Notes: generated from the sequence alone by a model not told the origin. A stretch of DNA of 64,000 nucleotides from Nitrospinota bacterium (GCA_965223725.1 CBDCXE010000005.1:448809-512808); one strand, 5' to 3'. Counted from the first letter of the stretch, positions 19,653 to 30,741 are shown. Translations and numbers: made by a program.

Positions 19653-20429
19653 GTGAAAATACTGGTCTGTGTGAAGCAGGTACCCGACCTGGAATCGAAA
19701 TTTGCGGTCAGCGCCGACGGCGACTGGATAGACGAGAGCGATATCGTGTTCAGGATGAACGAGTATGATGAATATGCGGTGGAAGAAGCCGCCAGCCTGA
19801 AGGAAAAGCTGGGTGGATCGCCAGATATAACGGCCCTTTCCATCGGCCCGGACAGGGTGGTGGAAGTGATTAAAAAAGCCCTGGCCATGGGCGCGGATCG
19901 GGGCGCGCATATCAAGGATGACGACTATTACAAGCGTGACCCGTTCGAGATCGCCTCAATCATCGCCAAGTTTGCCGCGGACAAACAATTTGACCTGGTC
20001 TTTACCGGGCTGCAATCGCAGGATAGGGGCTCGTGTCAGGTGGGTGTGCTGCTGGCGGAGATGCTGGAAATCCCATCGGTGACGACGGTCGTGGACTTTG
20101 CTTATGACGATGGCGCCGTCACTGTCCGGCGGGAGCTGGAGGGTGGCGCCAAGGCTGTCGCCAAAGTGAACTCGCCTGCGCTGGTGACCTGCCAGCTTGG
20201 GTTGAATACGCCGCGTTACCCGACACTGCCGAATATTATGAAAGCAAAAAAGAAAGAGTTGAACACAATAAGCATTGGCGATCTCGACCATGCAAAAAGT
20301 CTGACAACCACAGAAAAAATGTATCTGCCGGATAAAAAAGGCGCGGGCCTGGTGCTGGAAGGTGATGCTGGGGAGGTGGCCGACCAGTTATTAACAATCC
20401 TTCGTGATAAAACCAGCGTGGTCAAATAG
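19653..20429 (+). CDS. etfB: Electron transfer flavoprotein beta subunit
   Basis: 258 aa. MKILVCVKQVPDLESKF is the hallmark EtfB N-terminus. Confidence 0.9.
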   Translation: MKILVCVKQVPDLESKFAVSADGDWIDESDIVFRMNEYDEYAVEEAASLKEKLGGSPDITALSIGPDRVVEVIKKALAMGADRGAHIKDDDYYKRDPFEIASIIAKFAADKQFDLVFTGLQSQDRGSCQVGVLLAEMLEIPSVTTVVDFAYDDGAVTVRRELEGGAKAVAKVNSPALVTCQLGLNTPRYPTLPNIMKAKKKELNTISIGDLDHAKSLTTTEKMYLPDKKGAGLVLEGDAGEVADQLLTILRDKTSVVK

Positions 20430-20438
20430 GAGATTAAA

Positions 20439-21356
20439 ATGAAAGCTCTGTTAGTAGGCGAATCTCGAAACAACGAAATACTGGATATTACATATGAGCT
20501 GGTGGCATTCGCCGCCGGGCTGAGCGCGGATACTGCTATGTTTATAGCTGGCGGTTCCGAAGTTCCCAAAGTTGATGGAAATCTATATCTGGCGGACACG
20601 GAAAAATATGGTGAAATAAGCCCCGACATACATAAGAAACTTTTGTTGGAGACTATCGATAAAGAGAAGCCGGATATCGTTGTTTTTGGTCATACAACCT
20701 ACGGCTGGGATTTGGCGCCCCGGGTGGCTTATGCGATGAAGGCGGGGCTGGTGACAGAAGTTGTCGGACACGGAAATGGGTTGTTTATAACTCCTGCGCT
20801 CAATTCCAAGCTCCGGCGCAACGTCAAACCCTCCACCGACACTGTGGTGCTGACGGTTCAGTCCGGCGCATTCACCGCGGCAGACGATCCAACCGGCGCC
20901 CCAACCGTGGTGAAAGCGGAGCTTGACGACCAGGCCTCCGCGTATCAATTCGAAGGGTACGAAAAAGCGGATGCGGATGAAGGGATCGATCTGGGCAAGG
21001 CCGAGGTGATCGTGACAGCCGGCCGGGGTGTGGGGAAAAAGGAAAATGTTCAAATAATTGCCGACCTGGCGGACGCCATCGGCGGTGAACTGGGCGCCAG
21101 CCGCCCTGTGGTGGACGCGGGCTGGGCCGAGAGCGCGCGGCAGGTCGGCTCCAGCGGGCAGTCTGTATCGCCCAAGCTTTACATAGCGTGTGGGGTCTCC
21201 GGCTCTGTCCAGCATGTGGCGGGGATGAAGAAGTCGGAGTTTATAGTGGCCGTCAACACAGACAAAGACGCGCCGATAGGGGAGCTGGCGGATGTTTTCG
21301 TGGCGATCGATTTAAATGAGTTTGTCCCGGCGTTGACTGAAAAGCTGAAAGGGTAA
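20439..21356 (+). CDS. etfA: Electron transfer flavoprotein alpha subunit
   Basis: 305 aa with a C-terminal FAD-binding region (PKLYIACGVSGSVQHVAGM...IVAVNTD). Confidence 0.9.
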   Translation: MKALLVGESRNNEILDITYELVAFAAGLSADTAMFIAGGSEVPKVDGNLYLADTEKYGEISPDIHKKLLLETIDKEKPDIVVFGHTTYGWDLAPRVAYAMKAGLVTEVVGHGNGLFITPALNSKLRRNVKPSTDTVVLTVQSGAFTAADDPTGAPTVVKAELDDQASAYQFEGYEKADADEGIDLGKAEVIVTAGRGVGKKENVQIIADLADAIGGELGASRPVVDAGWAESARQVGSSGQSVSPKLYIACGVSGSVQHVAGMKKSEFIVAVNTDKDAPIGELADVFVAIDLNEFVPALTEKLKG

Positions 21357-21404
21357 AGGGCCGGAACCGTCCGAATCGACCTGCCGGATAGTTTCAGGCG
21401 GTGT

Positions 21405-21725
21405 TTACTGGTCCGGATTTTGTGACGACGATTTGTCGACTATTTCCCTGAAATCTTTACCTGTTTTGAAAAATGGGACCTTTTTGGCCGGCACGTTCAC
21501 AGTCTCGCCGGTTTTCGGGTTTCTTCCTTCCTTGGCCGCTCTGTGGCGAACCCGGAAAGAGCCAAACCCACGGATCTCCACCTTATCCTCGTTGGCCAGG
21601 GCTTCTATGATGCTGCTGGTGAATATGTTGATAATATCTTCCGCCTGAAGTTTTTTGATCTTCAGCTTTGCGGCCAGCTTCTCCGCCATCTCCGATTTTG
21701 TCATAACATAATCCCCAAAGGACAA
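21405..21725 (-). CDS. Integration host factor / HU-family DNA-binding protein; the likely true start is the internal Met at about 21704
   Basis: MTKSEMAEKLAAKLKI...GFGSFRVRHRAAKEGRNPKTGETVNVPAKKVPFFKTGK is a typical IHF/HU fold, including the beta-arm with RNPKTGE. Confidence 0.8.
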   Translation of the reverse strand: MSFGDYVMTKSEMAEKLAAKLKIKKLQAEDIINIFTSSIIEALANEDKVEIRGFGSFRVRHRAAKEGRNPKTGETVNVPAKKVPFFKTGKDFREIVDKSSSQNPDQ

Positions 21726-21728
21726 AAA

Positions 21729-21947
21729 TTACTCGGAATTTTCTTCAAAATGTGTGTCGACATAGTTGTCGACCATGTCATTGAGCCTGTCCTGAAAATA
21801 GTCTATATCCGAAATATCTGTCAGATTATCCAGAAAATGACGGGTCACTGAATGGACGACAGACTCAACCTCCTCCAGGGAAGCTTCTTCATTGACCAGG
21901 CTGTCATTTAGCCCGGCGACTATTTGGCTTATCTTTTCTTGATTCAT
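21729..21947 (-). CDS. Small acidic hypothetical protein (72 aa)
   Basis: The ORF lies 3 nt upstream of the IHF gene and is co-directional with it. It is very acidic (DISDIDYFQDRLNDMVDNYVDTHFEENSE) and has no family assignment. Confidence 0.4.
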   Translation of the reverse strand: MNQEKISQIVAGLNDSLVNEEASLEEVESVVHSVTRHFLDNLTDISDIDYFQDRLNDMVDNYVDTHFEENSE

Positions 21948-22014
21948 TTATTCTCCGATTTTCTTTAAATACAATTATATAGAGATTTTCAATTCATTCA
22001 ATCTTTTTTTATTA

Positions 22015-22692
22015 CTATTGGAAAATTTCTTCCAGATCATCCGGTTTTTTAATAATTATCCTTTTCCCTTCCACTTCGATGATTTTCTTTTCACGGATTT
22101 TTTTCAACCCACGCTCCACAACCTCAAAGGAGGTGCCTATGATCTCCGCCAGATCCTGCCTGGTCATGGGGAGGGTGACCAGAATGCCATCGTCGGTTTC
22201 GACCCCCAGTTCCTCCGAAATATTCGTGAGAAAACGCGCCAAACGCTTTTCCACCGACTGGACAGCCAGCGAGCTTTGATTCTCCACAAAATTGCGCAGC
22301 CTGGCCCCCAGCCCAATAATAAGCTGCACCAGCGTATCCGGATTGTTTTTTATAAACTTGAGGAAATCAGAAGACGAAAGCTCCCCCACCTTGGATTCTT
22401 CCAATGCCACCGCAGACGCAGGGTACGGCTTGCCATCAATCACTGCGATTTCCGCCACGGTGCCGCCGGAGCCGAATATGCCCATGATCGCCGATTTGCC
22501 ATCGGGGAACTCCCGGACCACCTTCACCCGGCCAGTGGATATGAAATATATCTTTTCCGCTGGATCACCTTCGTTTAATACCCGCTCCCCTTTTTTATAG
22601 CATTTCCATTTTATCGATTTATCCAGCGCTTCCAGACGATCATCCGGCACAGAAGAAAAATAGCTTACCTGTTTTAAAGAAGGATCCATCAT
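22015..22692 (-). CDS. Crp/Fnr-family transcriptional regulator
   Basis: 225 aa with an N-terminal cNMP-binding beta-barrel and a C-terminal HTH (RQDLAEIIGTSFEVVERGLKKI). It is divergent from the T2SS operon. Confidence 0.85.
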   Translation of the reverse strand: MMDPSLKQVSYFSSVPDDRLEALDKSIKWKCYKKGERVLNEGDPAEKIYFISTGRVKVVREFPDGKSAIMGIFGSGGTVAEIAVIDGKPYPASAVALEESKVGELSSSDFLKFIKNNPDTLVQLIIGLGARLRNFVENQSSLAVQSVEKRLARFLTNISEELGVETDDGILVTLPMTRQDLAEIIGTSFEVVERGLKKIREKKIIEVEGKRIIIKKPDDLEEIFQ

Positions 22693-22859
22693 AAACCTTG
22701 TATATTTCTAGTCATCTCGGCATTTTATTTTACCATAATGCTACGGGCCAGCTTAACAGCTACATCAAAAAAATCGTTCAATAAAAATAATCAAAAATAA
22801 TTTTCAAAATATAAACTGGCTGTCCGTTCTCATTCAAACACCTGTATGTATGGCCAAAT

Positions 22860-23792
22860 ATGACATATGAAACAAAGATACCCCAAAGGGTATGGACAGT
22901 GATACACCTCGCCCTGATTGCGTGGGTTGGCTGGATAGCCGCAGGGCTTGTGGACCGCTGGGTCGCAGGCTCTCTGCAGGGCGCGGGCTCTTATACGGCG
23001 CATACCCGATCCATCGCCGCCAATTCCAACCTTCGGCCATTTAAGCCAAACCGTGATTATTATGCGATAGTCCGCTCCAACATTTTTAACTCGACCCAGG
23101 CAAACCAGGGTACTGATATAAGGACGGACAATCATTCAGGAGTTTCAAAATCTGAATTACCAGCAGACGCACAAAAAACCAGCCTGGACCTGCGGCTTAT
23201 CGGTACCGTTCTCAGCAAGACAGGCGACTACCGTCTGGCCGCCATAGAAATAAAAGATTTATCGGAGCAGAGGCTCTATAAAATCAACGATACAGTTTCT
23301 GGCGCTTCGATATTCCGGATAGAGCGAAACCGCGTTGGCCTTATGAACAATGGCAACGTGGAAGTGCTGGAGATCGAGTTTGCGGAAGATTCTTTTGACG
23401 ATACCCCCGCAACGCCTGTATCACCGACCCTGAGCAGTTTTCCCGGGCGGGATGTGATCAAATCTGGCGAGGGCGATTACAAGGTTTCCCGTCGATATGT
23501 AGACTCGCAGCTTAAAAACATGAGCTCGCTACTAACCCAGGCCAGGGCCGTGCCGAATATCGACAGCAGCGGCGCCACCAACGGTTTCCGACTTTTTTCC
23601 ATCAAGCAAGGTTCGCTGTTCTCTAAAATCGGGCTTCAGAACCATGATGTGGTGCAAAGGATAAATGGGGTGGAACTCAACTCCGCCGAGAAAGCGCTCG
23701 ACCTTTTTCAGGCGCTCCGGAACGAGAGCAGTTTTAAAGTTGACCTGTTGCGAAGAGCGAAAAAAACCACTTTGAGGTTAAATGTCCAATGA
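22860..23792 (+). CDS. gspC: Type II secretion system protein C (TM anchor plus C-terminal PDZ domain)
   Basis: It has an N-terminal TM segment and a C-terminal PDZ-like segment (FRLFSIKQGSLFSKIGLQNHDVVQRINGVEL). It lies immediately upstream of, and overlaps, gspD. Confidence 0.7.
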   Translation: MTYETKIPQRVWTVIHLALIAWVGWIAAGLVDRWVAGSLQGAGSYTAHTRSIAANSNLRPFKPNRDYYAIVRSNIFNSTQANQGTDIRTDNHSGVSKSELPADAQKTSLDLRLIGTVLSKTGDYRLAAIEIKDLSEQRLYKINDTVSGASIFRIERNRVGLMNNGNVEVLEIEFAEDSFDDTPATPVSPTLSSFPGRDVIKSGEGDYKVSRRYVDSQLKNMSSLLTQARAVPNIDSSGATNGFRLFSIKQGSLFSKIGLQNHDVVQRINGVELNSAEKALDLFQALRNESSFKVDLLRRAKKTTLRLNVQ

Positions 23793-25870
23793 TTTCACTT
23801 TTTCGATTTAAAATAATTGCGCCAGCTTTTCTGGCAGCGCTCATTCTGCTTCTCCCATTACACGGTTTTGCAGAGGAAGTAACACCGTCTGGCGGCATCG
23901 ATCAGGCAGATCTGGCGGATGGCAAGATCACCATCGACTTTCATGACGCTGACATCCGGCTGTTCGTAAAATTCATGGCGGAGCTGACCGGGCGCAACTT
24001 CATCATCGATGAGAAGGTGCAGGGCAAGGTGACCGTGATCTCACCAAAGGAAGTCAATGTGGACGAAGCCATTAAAGTGTTTGAATCGACTATGGAAGTA
24101 TACGGCTTTACCTTGATTGAAGCGGGTAACGTTACCAAGGTTGTCCCATCCCATGAAGCGCGCCAGCGCGGCTCCTTCGGCCCGGGCGGCAGCCAGTCGG
24201 GTGATAAGATCATCACACGGCTCATCCCGATGCAGTACGTCAAAGCGCCAGATATGGTGGACACGTTGCGTCCTCTGCTCCCCATCACTAGTTTCATCAG
24301 CGCGTTTAAAGGGACCAACACACTGATAATCGTCGACTTCGCTTCCAACGTAAACAAGTTGCGGGGTATTATTAATAAACTGGACGTTCCAGGCCAGGAG
24401 CAAGTTATAACAGTGGCCCAGCTCACCCATGCAGGCGCGAGAGAGCTGTCAGACCGGCTCGTTAAAATATTCGATATCAAAAAAGCAGGCGGAAGCCCTG
24501 CATTGGGCGGGTATGGCGCCCCAAACACAGGCAACAAAGCATTGAAAAGCCCGATCAGGCAATGGTCGGAGCAATCGGCCCAGATCATTCCAGATGAGCG
24601 GGTAAACGCTGTTATCATCGTGGCGAACAACCAAATGACCAAACAGGCGCTGTCCTTGATAGAACAGCTTGATATCCCGGCCCAGCCGGGGCAGGGGAAG
24701 ATCAATGTTTATTATCTCAAAAATGCTGACGCTGAAGATCTGGCCAAGGTGCTGGGCAACCTGACGCAGGAGCCAAGTGTAGCGCCTGGTAAAGGAAGAA
24801 AAAATGTGGCGCCGATAAATGTCAGCAAGGATGTAACCATAACTCCGGACAAAGCCACCAACTCGCTGGTCATCACAGCTTCCAGGGAGGAATATGAAAC
24901 ATTGCGCAAGGTGATCGAAAAGCTGGACATCCGCAGGCGCCAGGTGTTTGTGGAGGCGCTGATAATGGAGGTGACCAGCGACAAGCAGCGGGAGCTGGGC
25001 ATAGAGTGGCGCACCACATCCGACTTCAGCAAGCCAGGCCCCCAAGGCATCGGCGGCACAAACTTCGGCAACATAAACAACGTAGCGGAAAACCCGCTGA
25101 ACGCTCCGCAAGGTTTGACAGTTGGGGTGGTGGATGGAATCATCAGCTTTGGTGATAAACAGTTTCTGAACCTGGGCGCCCTTATCCGCGCGCTTCAAAC
25201 GGAATCTGGCGTCAATATCCTGTCAACACCGAATATCATGACAACCGACAATGAGGAAGCGAAGATTGTCGTGGCGCAGACTGTGCCATTTGTCACCGGG
25301 GAGTCACAGAATACCGGCGGCACGATCTTGACCACTATTGAACGAAAAGATATAGGTATCACTTTAACTATCAAGCCGCAAATATCTGAATCAGAAATAG
25401 TTAAGCTGAATGTATATCAAGAGATTTCGTCAATCTCTCCAACACAACTGGAGAAAGCGCGGGATATTATTACATTCACTCGATCAATAGAGACAACCGT
25501 CGTGGCGAAGGATGCGCAGAATATCGTTCTGGGCGGATTGATCCGCGATGATATCAACGATCAGGAATCGAAAGTGCCTCTGTTTGGTGATATACCGCTA
25601 TTGGGGTGGCTGTTCAAATCGCAGAAAAAAAGGAAACAGAAAACCAACCTGTTGGTCTTCCTGACTCCACATATCATAAAGAATGATCACGACCTGGCCA
25701 AGGTAACCGACCAGCAACGAGAGATTATTAAAATCGATCCGGAGGCTTATGATAAAACATTCGATCCGACCTTGAAAATGCGCGATAAATCACCATACAA
25801 AACCATGGATGAATATAAGTACGAAAGTGGCGAGGACGTCGATGAAAACCTGATCGAAGACGCAAACTAG
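23789..25870 (+). CDS. gspD: Type II secretion system secretin
   Basis: 693 aa with a signal peptide, N0-N3 domains and a C-terminal secretin domain (ILSTPNIMTTDNEEAKIVVAQTVPFVTG). Confidence 0.95.
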   Translation: MISLFRFKIIAPAFLAALILLLPLHGFAEEVTPSGGIDQADLADGKITIDFHDADIRLFVKFMAELTGRNFIIDEKVQGKVTVISPKEVNVDEAIKVFESTMEVYGFTLIEAGNVTKVVPSHEARQRGSFGPGGSQSGDKIITRLIPMQYVKAPDMVDTLRPLLPITSFISAFKGTNTLIIVDFASNVNKLRGIINKLDVPGQEQVITVAQLTHAGARELSDRLVKIFDIKKAGGSPALGGYGAPNTGNKALKSPIRQWSEQSAQIIPDERVNAVIIVANNQMTKQALSLIEQLDIPAQPGQGKINVYYLKNADAEDLAKVLGNLTQEPSVAPGKGRKNVAPINVSKDVTITPDKATNSLVITASREEYETLRKVIEKLDIRRRQVFVEALIMEVTSDKQRELGIEWRTTSDFSKPGPQGIGGTNFGNINNVAENPLNAPQGLTVGVVDGIISFGDKQFLNLGALIRALQTESGVNILSTPNIMTTDNEEAKIVVAQTVPFVTGESQNTGGTILTTIERKDIGITLTIKPQISESEIVKLNVYQEISSISPTQLEKARDIITFTRSIETTVVAKDAQNIVLGGLIRDDINDQESKVPLFGDIPLLGWLFKSQKKRKQKTNLLVFLTPHIIKNDHDLAKVTDQQREIIKIDPEAYDKTFDPTLKMRDKSPYKTMDEYKYESGEDVDENLIEDAN

Positions 25871-25873
25871 AAA

Positions 25874-27493
25874 ATGTCAGATAAAAATTTGGTCAACCGG
25901 TCCGACGCCAACGGCGCAAAGGCGGAACAGGAGATTGAAAACCTGAAAGAGCTGGCCAAGGAACTGGGGTTGCCGTTCATCAATGATATCGATGTCGACA
26001 ATATAGACCCGGACCTGCTGAGTAAAACAACTTTCCAGTTTGCCAAAACATATCTGGCGCTGCCGCTGAAACTGGAGGATGGCTTATTGACGATAGCCAC
26101 TGCGAGACCGCTCGATTCGGGGCCGCTGGATGATTTAAGACTTGTTTATGGCGCTCCGACACGGCTGACGGTTGTCGACCCGGAGGCGTTGGCAGACGCT
26201 ATCAATCGCGCATATGACCTTTCGTCAGGTTCCGCTGACGAGATCATAGACGATATTGCGGAAGAGGATGACATCGACTCGCTGATCCACGGTCTGCCGG
26301 ATGACCTTCTGGAAACCTCCGCCGAGGCGCCTGTGATACGGCTCGTGAACTCCATACTGGTTCAGGCGGTGAAGGAGAAAGCGTCCGACATACATATAGA
26401 GCCATACGAGCGGGAGTTGTCGGTGCGGCGCCGGGTGGATGGTGTGCTGAGCACATTGGTGACACCGCCCAAGCGTCTGCAGTCGTTTATAGTATCGCGA
26501 ATAAAAATCATGGCAGGACTCGATATCGCGGAGAAACGATTGCCGCAGGATGGGCGTATAAAGATCGTGATCGCTGGGAAAGAGGTCGACATCCGGGTCA
26601 GCATCATCCCCACCGCCCATGGCGAGCGGGTCGTCATGCGTCTGCTGGACAAGGCTTCCATGCTGCTGGAGCTGGGTAACATTGGTATGGATGATGATAT
26701 CAAGGCCAAAGTGTCGGAGCTTATCAAGTCGCCCCACGGCATCATCCTGGTCTCCGGGCCAACAGGCTCCGGTAAAACCACAACCCTGTACGCCGCATTG
26801 AGCGCCATCAACTCCATCGATAAAAACATCATCACAGTCGAGGATCCGGTGGAATATCAACTTAAGGGGATTGGGCAGATGCCTGTGAACCCGAAGGTGG
26901 GCCTGACGTTCGCCGATGGGCTTCGTTCCATATTGCGGCAGGACCCGGACGTGATTATGGTGGGTGAAATACGCGACCTGGAGACTGCCCAGATCGCAGT
27001 GCAGGCTTCACTCACCGGGCATCTGGTTTTTTCCACGATACATACCAACGACTCTGCGGGCGCTGTCACCCGGCTGATCGATATGGGGGTGGAGCCTTTT
27101 CTAATTTCCTCATCGCTGATCGCGGTGGTGGCCCAGAGGCTGGTGCGTGTATTGTGTCAACAGTGCCGGGTTCCATTCCGGCCGGAGCCTATCCAACTGA
27201 GTGAGTTGGATATTGATGAATCTCTAATCAGCGTTGGCGACACATTCTATAAACCAAAAGGGTGCGATGAATGCCGAAATACTGGATATAGAGGGCGAAC
27301 CGGAATCTATGAGCTGTTGGAAGTGGATGACACTATCCGCTCGTTAATCACCTCTGGCGCCGACACGGCCAGCATAAAGGATGAAGCGGTAAAACGTGGT
27401 TTCGTGGACATGAAAGCCAATGGCGTGAAGGCTGTGGTCAATGGCGTCACATCCATTGAGGAGTTGATGCGGGTAACTTCGGACATCATATAA
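25874..27493 (+). CDS. gspE: Type II secretion ATPase
   Basis: 539 aa with Walker A LVSGPTGSGKTTTLYA and a C-terminal tetracysteine motif (CQQC...CDEC). Confidence 0.95.
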   Translation: MSDKNLVNRSDANGAKAEQEIENLKELAKELGLPFINDIDVDNIDPDLLSKTTFQFAKTYLALPLKLEDGLLTIATARPLDSGPLDDLRLVYGAPTRLTVVDPEALADAINRAYDLSSGSADEIIDDIAEEDDIDSLIHGLPDDLLETSAEAPVIRLVNSILVQAVKEKASDIHIEPYERELSVRRRVDGVLSTLVTPPKRLQSFIVSRIKIMAGLDIAEKRLPQDGRIKIVIAGKEVDIRVSIIPTAHGERVVMRLLDKASMLLELGNIGMDDDIKAKVSELIKSPHGIILVSGPTGSGKTTTLYAALSAINSIDKNIITVEDPVEYQLKGIGQMPVNPKVGLTFADGLRSILRQDPDVIMVGEIRDLETAQIAVQASLTGHLVFSTIHTNDSAGAVTRLIDMGVEPFLISSSLIAVVAQRLVRVLCQQCRVPFRPEPIQLSELDIDESLISVGDTFYKPKGCDECRNTGYRGRTGIYELLEVDDTIRSLITSGADTASIKDEAVKRGFVDMKANGVKAVVNGVTSIEELMRVTSDII

Positions 27494-27495
27494 AA

Positions 27496-28722
27496 ATGCC
27501 AATATTCGAGTACAAGGGATACGTCTCCGGCGGCAAAAACAGAACCGGTGTCATAGACGCCGACAGCCCAAAGGTCGCCCGGGCGAAGCTGCGAAAGCAA
27601 GGCATCCTGGTCACCAGCGTGGAGCCGGACAGCGGAAGGAGCGTCGGAGGTAAACTTGCCGTTCCGTCACTGGAGTCTGTTGTAGGCAGGGTTTCGTTCA
27701 AGGATGTTTCCGGGTTCACCCGCCAATTGGCGACGTTGCAAACCGCAGCGCTGCCATTGATAGAATCACTGGACGCTCTGTTCGAGCAGGCGAGCAATGT
27801 CCGGTTCAAGAAAGTAATCGCCGATATCCGCGAACAGGTGTCTTATGGCGAGACATTGGCCGACGCCATGGCGAAGCATCCAAAATATTTCGATGTGATG
27901 TACACAAGCCTGGTGAGGGCAGGGGAGGCCTCCGGTTCGCTGGGTCATACATTGAACGAGCTGGCCGCGTTTCAGGAGAACCGGAGAAGGCAACGCACAA
28001 AAATAGCGGCGGCGATGATCTATCCTGCCATCATGACAGTTGTCGGCAGCGCTGTGCTGCTGTTCCTGCTCGGCTATGTCATCCCGAAGATCGAGCTGAT
28101 GTTCGAGGATATGAACCAGGCGCTGCCGTTGCCCACGGTCATCCTCCTGGCGGTCTCCAACTTCCTCGCCAACTGGTGGCCGGCACTGGTTCTGTTGATC
28201 ATTATCGCGGTTATCGCGTTTGCAAAATATTACAGGACAGACCGGGGCAGAGATATGATTGACCGGCTGTCATTAAGGTTGCCGGTCTTCGGCCCCATAA
28301 TCCAGGCGTCGGCAATTTCACGATTCGCCGGGTCGCTCAACATCCTTATATCAGGCGGCGTAGGCCTGCTGGAGGCGATGAAGATCACGGAGAACGCCGT
28401 GGGTAACTCTGCCATCGCCGGGGCCATCAGCGACGGCGTAGTCAATATCACCGAAGGCGAGACCATAGCAGAACCGCTGAAAGCTTCCGGCCATTTTCCG
28501 CCGCTGGTCACGCAAATGCTGGCATCGGGAGAGAAGTCAGGGTCGCTGGAGTTCATGCTGGGCAAGATTGCGGAAGCGTACGATTTCGAGGTGGAGACAG
28601 CGGTCTCTGCCCTGACGGCGCTGATCGATCCGATCCTGATTTTGGTAATGGGGGCCACCGTCGGATTTATCGTGCTGGCGATCCTGCTCCCGATATTTGA
28701 GCTGAGTCAATATGTACAATGA
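27496..28722 (+). CDS. gspF: Type II secretion inner-membrane platform protein
   Basis: 408 aa with the duplicated GspF/PilC domain and three TM segments. Confidence 0.9.
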   Translation: MPIFEYKGYVSGGKNRTGVIDADSPKVARAKLRKQGILVTSVEPDSGRSVGGKLAVPSLESVVGRVSFKDVSGFTRQLATLQTAALPLIESLDALFEQASNVRFKKVIADIREQVSYGETLADAMAKHPKYFDVMYTSLVRAGEASGSLGHTLNELAAFQENRRRQRTKIAAAMIYPAIMTVVGSAVLLFLLGYVIPKIELMFEDMNQALPLPTVILLAVSNFLANWWPALVLLIIIAVIAFAKYYRTDRGRDMIDRLSLRLPVFGPIIQASAISRFAGSLNILISGGVGLLEAMKITENAVGNSAIAGAISDGVVNITEGETIAEPLKASGHFPPLVTQMLASGEKSGSLEFMLGKIAEAYDFEVETAVSALTALIDPILILVMGATVGFIVLAILLPIFELSQYVQ

Positions 28723-28747
28723 GAAACGACAACAGAGGAGAGCAAAT

Positions 28748-29188
28748 ATGACGAGTGAAAATATGAGGCGCAACCGCGGTTTTACTTTGATAGAAGTTTT
28801 GATAGTGGTGGTGATCCTGGGCATCATGGCGACCATTATCGTGCCGAGGATAATGGGACGGCCGGAGGAAGCGAGGCGAACAAAAGCGATCGTCGATATC
28901 AAAGCGATAGAGACCGCCCTCAATCTCTACAAAATCGATAACGGCGGATACCCATCAACGGAACAAGGCCTGAACGCGCTGGTGGAAAAACCGAGCTCCG
29001 GCGAAATACCACCCCGATGGAAGGATGGCGGCTATCTGCCGAAATTGCCGAAGGATCCATGGGGCAACCAGTATATCTATCTGTCACCTGGCGCCCAGGG
29101 TGAGTTCGATCTGATGTCGTACGCCTCGGATGGAGAAAAGGGCGGCGAAGGTAAATACGCCGATATCAACAGCTGGGAAATCGAATGA
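28748..29188 (+). CDS. gspG: Major pseudopilin (start placed at the internal Met, which has an RBS)
   Basis: The prepilin leader is followed by [23 protein letters not shown]. gaggagagcaaat precedes the ATG at 28748. Confidence 0.9.
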   Translation: MTSENMRRNRGFTLIEVLIVVVILGIMATIIVPRIMGRPEEARRTKAIVDIKAIETALNLYKIDNGGYPSTEQGLNALVEKPSSGEIPPRWKDGGYLPKLPKDPWGNQYIYLSPGAQGEFDLMSYASDGEKGGEGKYADINSWEIE

Positions 29189-29733
29189 AAACACGATCAA
29201 CAACAGGCTTTACACTGATAGAGTTGGCCGTAGTGTTGGCGATTATCGGCATCCTTGCTGGTGTCCTCGTTCCGCGTCTGCCAGATGTGACGGCGTGGAA
29301 GCTGAAGTCGTCGGCGCGCAGGCTCAGCGGGACCATATCAAGCCTGTACGACTATTCCGCCCGGACCCAGCTGGTGTATCGCCTGACGCTTGATATAGAT
29401 AAAAACGAGTACTTTGTTTCCTTGCTCAATATAGATAACGAGTTTGAAAAAGCGGATTTCGATTTCGCCAAGCAGACATCATTGCCGACAAATATAAAAA
29501 TCAACCAGGCGTTCACGGCAACGCAAGGGGCCCTTAATTCCGGCAAGGCGGTTATCCATTTCCTCCCTTCCGGTGTTGTGGACGCGTCTGTGATTTACCT
29601 GGAAGATAAAAGCAGCAACAGGTTTACATTAACGATCCATCCGCTGACGGGACGGGTGAAAATCATCGAAGGGTTTAAGGAGCTAAAAGCAGGCAGGGCG
29701 TCTGCACAGGTTCAGGGCAGGCTGCGCGCATGA
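29185..29733 (+). CDS. gspH: Minor pseudopilin GspH-like
   Basis: Type IV prepilin-like N-terminus [19 protein letters not shown]. It holds the position expected of gspH in the operon. Confidence 0.7.
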   Translation: MKTRSTTGFTLIELAVVLAIIGILAGVLVPRLPDVTAWKLKSSARRLSGTISSLYDYSARTQLVYRLTLDIDKNEYFVSLLNIDNEFEKADFDFAKQTSLPTNIKINQAFTATQGALNSGKAVIHFLPSGVVDASVIYLEDKSSNRFTLTIHPLTGRVKIIEGFKELKAGRASAQVQGRLRA

Positions 29734-30095
29734 GCAGGAGCGAAGGTTTTACCATACTGGAGATCGTCGTGGCGATGGCGATATTGTCCATATCGTTGGT
29801 GGCGATACTCTCCGCCCATAACCGCGCGCTGATCATGGGCGATGACGCTGTCCGTCTGACCGACGCTGTGCATCTGGCCAGGGAAGAGATGGAGAAAATA
29901 CATCTGAACCGGCCGTTACCCAAAAATGGTGAATCGGATTTTCAACAGAGGGAAGATTATCCTAAATTCAAGTGGCGAACAACCATGGAGGAAACACCCA
30001 TAGAGGGCGCATGGATTGCAGTGATTGTGGTTTATGAAAGCGAAGAAGACCGGATGAAAGAGCTATTTAAGCTGACGTCATATGTGCGGGGATAG
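29730..30095 (+). CDS. gspI: Minor pseudopilin GspI-like
   Basis: Prepilin-like N-terminus GFTILEIVVAMAILSI; 121 aa. Confidence 0.7.
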   Translation: MSRSEGFTILEIVVAMAILSISLVAILSAHNRALIMGDDAVRLTDAVHLAREEMEKIHLNRPLPKNGESDFQQREDYPKFKWRTTMEETPIEGAWIAVIVVYESEEDRMKELFKLTSYVRG

Positions 30096-30741
30096 CATGA
30101 GGTCGGAAGGGATGAGGTCGAGCCAAGGTTTTACACTGCTGGAGCTGGTGGTAGTGATGGCCATACTATCGATCATCGGTGTTATTGTGTTTGGATCGTT
30201 TGCCGGTGTGCTGGCATCTGGTCAGCGGGCTGGGTACCGGGCCGAACAGAGCCATATCGCCCGATTTATAATCCGCAAGCTGACCGAAGACCTGGCTTCG
30301 GCTTCTATCTATACCTATAACGAGAAAGGGCGGTTTATAGGCATTGAATTCAAGGATGACGAGCGCAACAAGGATGAGATACGGTTCAGCGGATATGGCA
30401 GGAGGTTTGTATTGGCGGGCTCCGGTTCCGATCAGGCGGAGATAACATGGTTCATTAAAAAGGATGACGGAGAAAGGCCTCCTTATACCCTAATGCGCAG
30501 GGAGAATCCGGATGTTTACGACCCGCTGGATGACAGCAGAAACGTTTGGGAGCTTGATGTGACTGACCGGCTGGTATCGTTTAAGGCCAGATATAGAGAC
30601 CGCCAGAAGTGGAACGACAGCTTCGATTCCACTTTAACGCGCCGCCTGCCGGAAGCTGTGGAGGTAGAATTTACTTTAATCGACGATGATGGGTATGAAC
30701 TGACCAGGAAAGCGTTGATACCGGTGGGTGGCAGATCATGA
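30082..30741 (+). CDS. gspJ: Minor pseudopilin GspJ-like
   Basis: Prepilin-like N-terminus GFTLLELVVVMAILSI; 219 aa. Confidence 0.7.
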   Translation: MCGDSMRSEGMRSSQGFTLLELVVVMAILSIIGVIVFGSFAGVLASGQRAGYRAEQSHIARFIIRKLTEDLASASIYTYNEKGRFIGIEFKDDERNKDEIRFSGYGRRFVLAGSGSDQAEITWFIKKDDGERPPYTLMRRENPDVYDPLDDSRNVWELDVTDRLVSFKARYRDRQKWNDSFDSTLTRRLPEAVEVEFTLIDDDGYELTRKALIPVGGRS

